A stretch of 64,000 nucleotides of DNA from Gammaproteobacteria bacterium (GTDB lineage Bacteria > Pseudomonadota > Gammaproteobacteria > JABABF01): NCBI GenBank assembly GCA_965237805.1, contig OZ250153.1, positions 1,536,001 through 1,600,000 on the forward strand, written 5' to 3'. The notes under the pieces were generated by a model. The model searched no databases. It saw only the letters and a list, made by a program, of their open reading frames with translations, and was not told where the DNA came from. This document shows, in pieces, positions 58,877 through 64,000 of this stretch. The position numbers and the translations under genes are program-made. The stretch's first letter is position 1; every line of letters starts with the position of its first letter.

Positions 58877-59709
58877 GTCGTCGTCGAGGCTCGCTGCGAG
58901 TCGGGTCGATCGGTGCCGTAGACGGATTGCAGTAGCGGCAGCAGCTGGCTGTAGCAGGCCGGTGCGCCGCAGACGATCGCATCGATCCCCAGCGGCTCAT
59001 CGCTTCCCCACTGCCCGCGGATCAGTCCGCCAGCCTCCTGCACCAGCAAGGCACCGGCGGCCATATCCCAAGTTTTGAGCCCTACATCCCACATCGCGTC
59101 CAGCCGTCCGGCCGCCACATAGGCCAAGTCCAGTGCCGCCGAGCCACTGCGCCTCAGGGTCGCGCCGCGCTCGCCAGCGCGCAGCATGCAGCGTGCAGTT
59201 TCCTCGCTGTGATCGGCGCTGCGCTCACTGTCCAGCGAGCAGCTGCTGATCAGCGACGCGGCCAAGCCCTGCTGTTCGCTGACCCGGATGCGGCGACCAT
59301 CGAGCATTGCGCCGCCGCCGCGGCTAGCGCTGAATTCTTCATCCCGCATCACATCGAGTACGACCGCATGCTCTGTCTGGCCGTGGTGTAAACAGGCGAT
59401 GGAGACGGCAAAATGGGGTAGCCCGTGCACAAAGTTGCCAGTGCCGTCCAGCGGGTCGATGACCCACTGCCAGGCAGTATCCTTGGGCAAAGAGCCGCGC
59501 TCCTCGCTGAGGATACTGTGTTGTGGGTAGCTCTCTTGCAGCTGCTCGATGATCTGATGCTCGGCCTCTATATCCACTGAGGTGACATAGTCGGCGGGGG
59601 ATTTCTCGTAGACCGCCACCCGATCCAAATTGCGGAAAGAGCGCATGATCATGCGGGCGGCGTTGCGGGCGATGCGGCGTGCTATGACGAGTGTCGGTGC
59701 TACAGCCAT
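58873..59709 (-). CDS. suhB: Inositol monophosphatase family protein SuhB
   Basis: DYVT, ILSEE, WVIDPLDGT, GSAALDLAYVAAGR, WDMAAG; divergent from trmJ. Confidence 0.95.
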   Translation of the reverse strand: MAVAPTLVIARRIARNAARMIMRSFRNLDRVAVYEKSPADYVTSVDIEAEHQIIEQLQESYPQHSILSEERGSLPKDTAWQWVIDPLDGTGNFVHGLPHFAVSIACLHHGQTEHAVVLDVMRDEEFSASRGGGAMLDGRRIRVSEQQGLAASLISSCSLDSERSADHSEETARCMLRAGERGATLRRSGSAALDLAYVAAGRLDAMWDVGLKTWDMAAGALLVQEAGGLIRGQWGSDEPLGIDAIVCGAPACYSQLLPLLQSVYGTDRPDSQRASTTT

Positions 59710-59909
59710 CGCATATTCATCTGTTGTGCGCCAGTGGACATCTGCTGATCCCACTGCCTTTGCGCACCTGACCACCTGGTCGGTAGACGCGGGCGAAGAG
59801 GGCGGTAGTTTGGTGCTTCCCGCAAGCCGCTCCGCATTGTTGCTCGCCCCTTTCAGCGTGGCTAATGATAGCATTTTCAGCTGTGCAACCAAATATGGAG
59901 CCCAGAGCC

Positions 59910-60674
59910 ATGTCGATGTCGCCCCTCTCGCACTTGCGTGTTGTGCTGATCGAGCCCTCCCACCCGGGCAATATCGGCGCAGCAGCCCGCGCACTGGCCA
60001 ATATGGGCCTTGAGCATTTGGTGTTGGTCGCGCCGCGCTGCGCCGTCGACGACGAGGCGCGCGCACGTGCGGCGGGTGGCGCATCCTTGCTGGAGCGGGC
60101 GCGCTTGGTCCCCAGCCTAGATGAGGCGCTGAGCGGTTGCCGGCTGTTGATCGGTGTCAGCGCACGGCAGCGCAGTCTGGCGTGGCCACGGTGGTCGCCG
60201 CGCGAAGCCGCTGGCCATGCCATCGCCGCGGCCACTGGCGCTGAGGTAGCGCTGCTGTTCGGGCGCGAGGACTGCGGCCTGAACAACGCGGAATTGCAGC
60301 GCTGCCACGCTCAACTCCAGATTCCCAGCGATCCCGACTGCCCCTCGTTGAATTTGGCGATGGCGGTGTTGTTGGTCAGCTACGAGTTGCGGCTGGCGGT
60401 GCTGGCTGCCACCGGGTCGCCGCCGCCCGCCCCACTGCTGGAAGATGCGGCTACCGCCGAGCAGATTGCTGGCTTCCACCGCCACTTGGAGCAGACTTTG
60501 GTGCAGCTCGGCTGCTTGAATCCCGCTGCGCCGCGCCAGCTGCTGGCTCGCATCAAACGGCTCTTCGCCCGCACTGGGCTGGACTGCACAGAAGTCGGCA
60601 TCCTCCGCGGCCTGCTGAGCGCCGTGCAACGCAGCGCTGGCGGCGGTTCCTCGCCAGAGCGGCTGGGGCGATAG
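59910..60674 (+). CDS. trmJ: tRNA (C32/U32-2'-O)-methyltransferase
   Basis: SHPGNIGAAARA, FGRE, SLNLAMAV, EVGILRG. Confidence 0.93.
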   Translation: MSMSPLSHLRVVLIEPSHPGNIGAAARALANMGLEHLVLVAPRCAVDDEARARAAGGASLLERARLVPSLDEALSGCRLLIGVSARQRSLAWPRWSPREAAGHAIAAATGAEVALLFGREDCGLNNAELQRCHAQLQIPSDPDCPSLNLAMAVLLVSYELRLAVLAATGSPPPAPLLEDAATAEQIAGFHRHLEQTLVQLGCLNPAAPRQLLARIKRLFARTGLDCTEVGILRGLLSAVQRSAGGGSSPERLGR

Positions 60675-61020
60675 GCCACAGCTGATTTGGGGTGCCTGTG
60701 CGCACTGCCTCGCCGCCCCAGCGCTTGCCCCATAAATGGCCATCTGTTAGACTAGAGCAATGTATGCTTACGATGCGTAGTGTGGCCACGAGCGATGTTT
60801 CTCGCGTGCTCCGCTCTCTGCAACAGCCGAGTTGATCGCGATGCGAACGGCAGCTGCTTTGTCTTTTGTTGTGGCGCTCAGGTGGCGAGTGGGTCGCTGT
60901 GGCATAAATCAACAATTATTTGCGCATTGCATACATGACAGCTAGCAGGTTACGAGGCTCCCCTTTGGCTTTTGCAGCTGGGCGGGAGCCACGGCACAGA
61001 TTGGTTTTGGAGAATGGACC

Positions 61021-64000
61021 ATGAGATTGAAGCAGTTTGCTAAGCCGAAGTGGGTGGGGGTCAGTTCGCATTCGCAACTGAGTGCGGCTTCCCCGCGACG
61101 CGCCCGCGTCGGTCTGAGTTTGTTGTGGCGCTGCTGTTCGTCACCAAAGCGAGTGTTTTTCAGCGGCCTGTTATTGCTGGCAGCGCTGTATTCCGCTGTG
61201 GTTGCGCCCATCGCCGATGCCGCGACGACCGCGTCCTATCAAGGCGTGGTGTTGCCCTATGCGGATACGCCGGACTTCGAGGGAGCGGACGGGCTCATTG
61301 GCCAGACTTCCAATGCCCAGTCCGTGACGCTGCCCAGCGGCACCGCTGCCAGCTACCAAGTGGCCGAGAACAGCAGCTTTTCGCTGACCATTGGCTTTCG
61401 CATGACAGCCATCTCCCCCGAACCCACGACGATGACTGGCGAGATCAGATCTCTGACTTTCGAGCTGGTCTATTCCTCCGACAGCCGCTTCGTGTTTGAG
61501 GGCCATGAAATCCTTGACAGCGCTGCCGTCAATACTGGTGATAGCTGGGAGGACTACAGTGATCTCACTGTCTCTGAAGAGACTGGTAACGGCGGTAGCA
61601 CTAGCGGGATTACCATCTCGGCCGCGGTGACTGGCAGTGACGAGACCAGCATCCTCTGCGGTAAATTTTGCCTGTGGCCTGCTTTGGTGCGGCTCAACTT
61701 CTCCGTCGGTGCGCTCGACAGTGCGTCTGAGGAGCTGGATTTTGATTTACAGAGCCGCGTGCTATCTGTCGTCCACACCTACGGCGACTCCCCCGAGATC
61801 AGCTATCTCAGCAGCACCGCTGCCTTGGTGGTCACGCGGCCGACCGTTCTGCGTCTGCGCGATCTGTCCGACCCCTTGCTGGTGTCTGCTGAGGAGTTTG
61901 TTCGCGTCGAGGCAGCACTGGACAGCGACGGGGATGCACTCTACGGCGCCCCCAGCATTGGCGACTTTACTGTCTCTTTGACTGCGACATCGACCGTTTC
62001 ACTTGCTCCCAGCACCGCCAGCGGCGACAGCTTCAGCTTGGAGGTGCTGACAGCGACTGACGGCGAGCAGGCTTTGTTGACATTCACCGACAACGATCGT
62101 GCTCTCAGCGCCACGGCGACGGTGACACTGGATGTGGTGGCGACGGCGCTGACGGTATCGGCGCCGTCGACGGTGACATCGGGCGTGATCTTTGCGCTGA
62201 CGGTGACGGGGATGGACAGCAATAGCAATGAGGACACGGCCTACAGCCGGTCGGCGGCGACGACGGTGACGGCTTCGGCGGGGACGCTGGTGGTGGAGTC
62301 GAGCACGGCGAGCAGTATTGATCTGCGTTTGAGCGAGGTGACGGACGGCGATACGGTAACGCTGACGGTGACGGATGGCAGCGTGTCGGGCACGGCTGAT
62401 GTGGCGGTGAATGTGGTGGCGACAGCGCTGACGGTGAGTGCTTCACCGGATCCGGTGGTGTCGGGTCAGTCCTTCACGCTGACGGTGACGGGAGTCGATG
62501 CTGATGGCGCGACGGACACGGGCTACAGCCGGTCGGCGGCGACGACGGTGACGGCTTCGGTGGGGACGCTGGTGGAGGAGTCGAGTACAGCGACCAGTAT
62601 TGATCTGCGTTTGAGCGAGGTGGCGGACGGCGCTGATGTGACGCTGACGGTGACGGATGGCAGCGTGTCGGGCACGGCAGCTGTGACGGTGAATGTGGTG
62701 GCGACAGCGCTGACGGTGAGTGCTTCACCGGATCCGGTGGTGTCGGGTCAGTCCTTCACGCTGACGGTGACGGGAGTCGATGCCGATGGCGCGACGGACA
62801 CGGGCTACAGCCGGTCGGCGGCGACGACGGTGACGGCTTCGGTGGGGACGCTGGTGGAGGAGTCGAGTACAGCGACCAGTATTGATCTGCGTTTGAGCGA
62901 GGTGGCGGACGGCGCTGATGTGACGCTGACGGTGACGGATGGCAGCGTGTCGGGCACGGCAGCTGTGACGGTGAATGTGGTGGCGACAGCGCTGACGGTG
63001 AGTGCTTCACCGGATCCGGTGGTGTCGGGTCAGTCCTTCACGCTGACGGTGACGGGAGTCGATGCTGATGGCGCGACGGACACGGGCTACAGCCGGTCGG
63101 CGGCGACGACGGTGACGGCTTCGGTGGGGACGCTGGTGGAGGAGTCGAGTACAGCGACCAGTATTGATCTGCGTTTGAGCGAGGTGGCGGACGGCGCTGA
63201 TGTGACGCTGACGGTGACGGATGGCAGCGTGTCGGGCACGGCAGCTGTGACGGTGAATGTGGTGGCGACAGCGCTGACGGTGAGTGCTTCACCGGATCCG
63301 GTGGTGTCGGGTCAGTCCTTCACGCTGACGGTGACGGGAGTCGATGCCGATGGCGCGACGGACACGGGCTACAGCCGGTCGGCGGCGACGACGGTGACGG
63401 CTTCGGTGGGGACGCTGGTGGAGGAGTCGAGCACGGCGACCAGTATTGATCTGCGTTTGAGCGAGGTGGCGGACGGCGCTGATGTGACGCTGACGGATGG
63501 CAGTGAGCTGTGACGGTGAATGTGGTGGCGACAGCGCTGACGGTGAGTGCTTCACCGGATCCGGTGGTGTCGGGTCACGGACGGTGACGGGAGTCGATGC
63601 CGATGGCGCGACGGACACGGGCTACAGCCGGTCGGCGTGGCTTCGGTGGGGACGCTGGTGGAGGAGTCGAGCACGGCGACCAGTATTGATCTGCGTTTGA
63701 GCGAGGTGGCGGACGGCGCTGATGTGACGCTGACGGTGACAGATGGCAGCGTGTCGGGCACGGCAGCTGTGACGGTGAATGTGGTGGCGACAGCGCTGAC
63801 GGTGAGTGCTTCACCGGATCCGGTGGTGTCGGGTCAGTCCTTCACGCTGACGGTGACGGGAGTCGATGCCGATGGCGCGACGGACACGGGCTACAGCCGG
63901 TCGGCGGCGACGACGGTGACGGCTTCGGTGGGGACGCTGGTGGAGGAGTCGAGTACAGCGACCAGTATTGATCTGCGTTTGAGCGAGGTGGCGGACGCGC
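61021..64000 (+). CDS. Large repetitive surface protein / adhesin with Ig-like tandem repeats; frame broken at ~63500-63640, continues past the window end
   Basis: Signal peptide ending IADA|A, Ser/Thr/Asp/Val-rich beta-type sequence, 94-aa repeats. The ORF stops at 63513 but the original frame resumes in the last repeat. Confidence 0.8.
62131..64000 (+). repeat. 282-bp tandem repeat, about 6.6 units
   Basis: Unit starts (AATGTGGTGGCGAC) at 62410, 62692, 62974, 63256, 63519, 63778, plus a diverged first unit from ~62131. Confidence 0.95.

Noticed and set aside
60675-61020. Possible ncRNA or riboswitch in the largest intergenic gap
   Set aside because: No recognisable conserved motif or strong hairpin by eye; an Rfam/Infernal scan would be needed.
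62131-64000. Tandem repeats as a CRISPR array
   Set aside because: The units are 282 bp, contiguous and coding, with no unique spacers and no cas genes.

Overview
High-GC gammaproteobacterial chromosome segment with tightly packed, often overlapping and rather divergent housekeeping genes: yfjD/ypjD; gyrA-serC-pheA-hisC-tyrA-aroA-cmk-rpsA-ihfB; rluC-S49 peptidase-yceD-rpmF-fabD-fabG; queF-guaB-guaA-tadA-purL-secD-secF; suhB/trmJ. The main accessory feature is a ~20 kb, 13-gene type IVb-like pilus locus (17.9-37.7 kb). Its gene order looks like a circular permutation of the R64 pil operon. It carries three giant (670-880 aa) paralogous PilV-like pilins instead of a shufflon, two SPOR-domain lipoproteins, and a PilD homologue that keeps its Zn/methylase cysteines but appears to have lost both catalytic aspartates. 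Other accessory genes: a CYP125-like P450 plus SDR, a His-type DegT-family sugar dehydratase, a membrane-anchored subtilase with a dockerin-like tail, and a large surface protein with a possible cohesin-like domain followed by 282-bp tandem repeats running off the window end. purL and the terminal repeat gene have frame breaks that may be assembly errors. No rRNA, tRNA, CRISPR array, integrase or transposase was recognised. All assignments come from reading motifs by eye; no database search was run.
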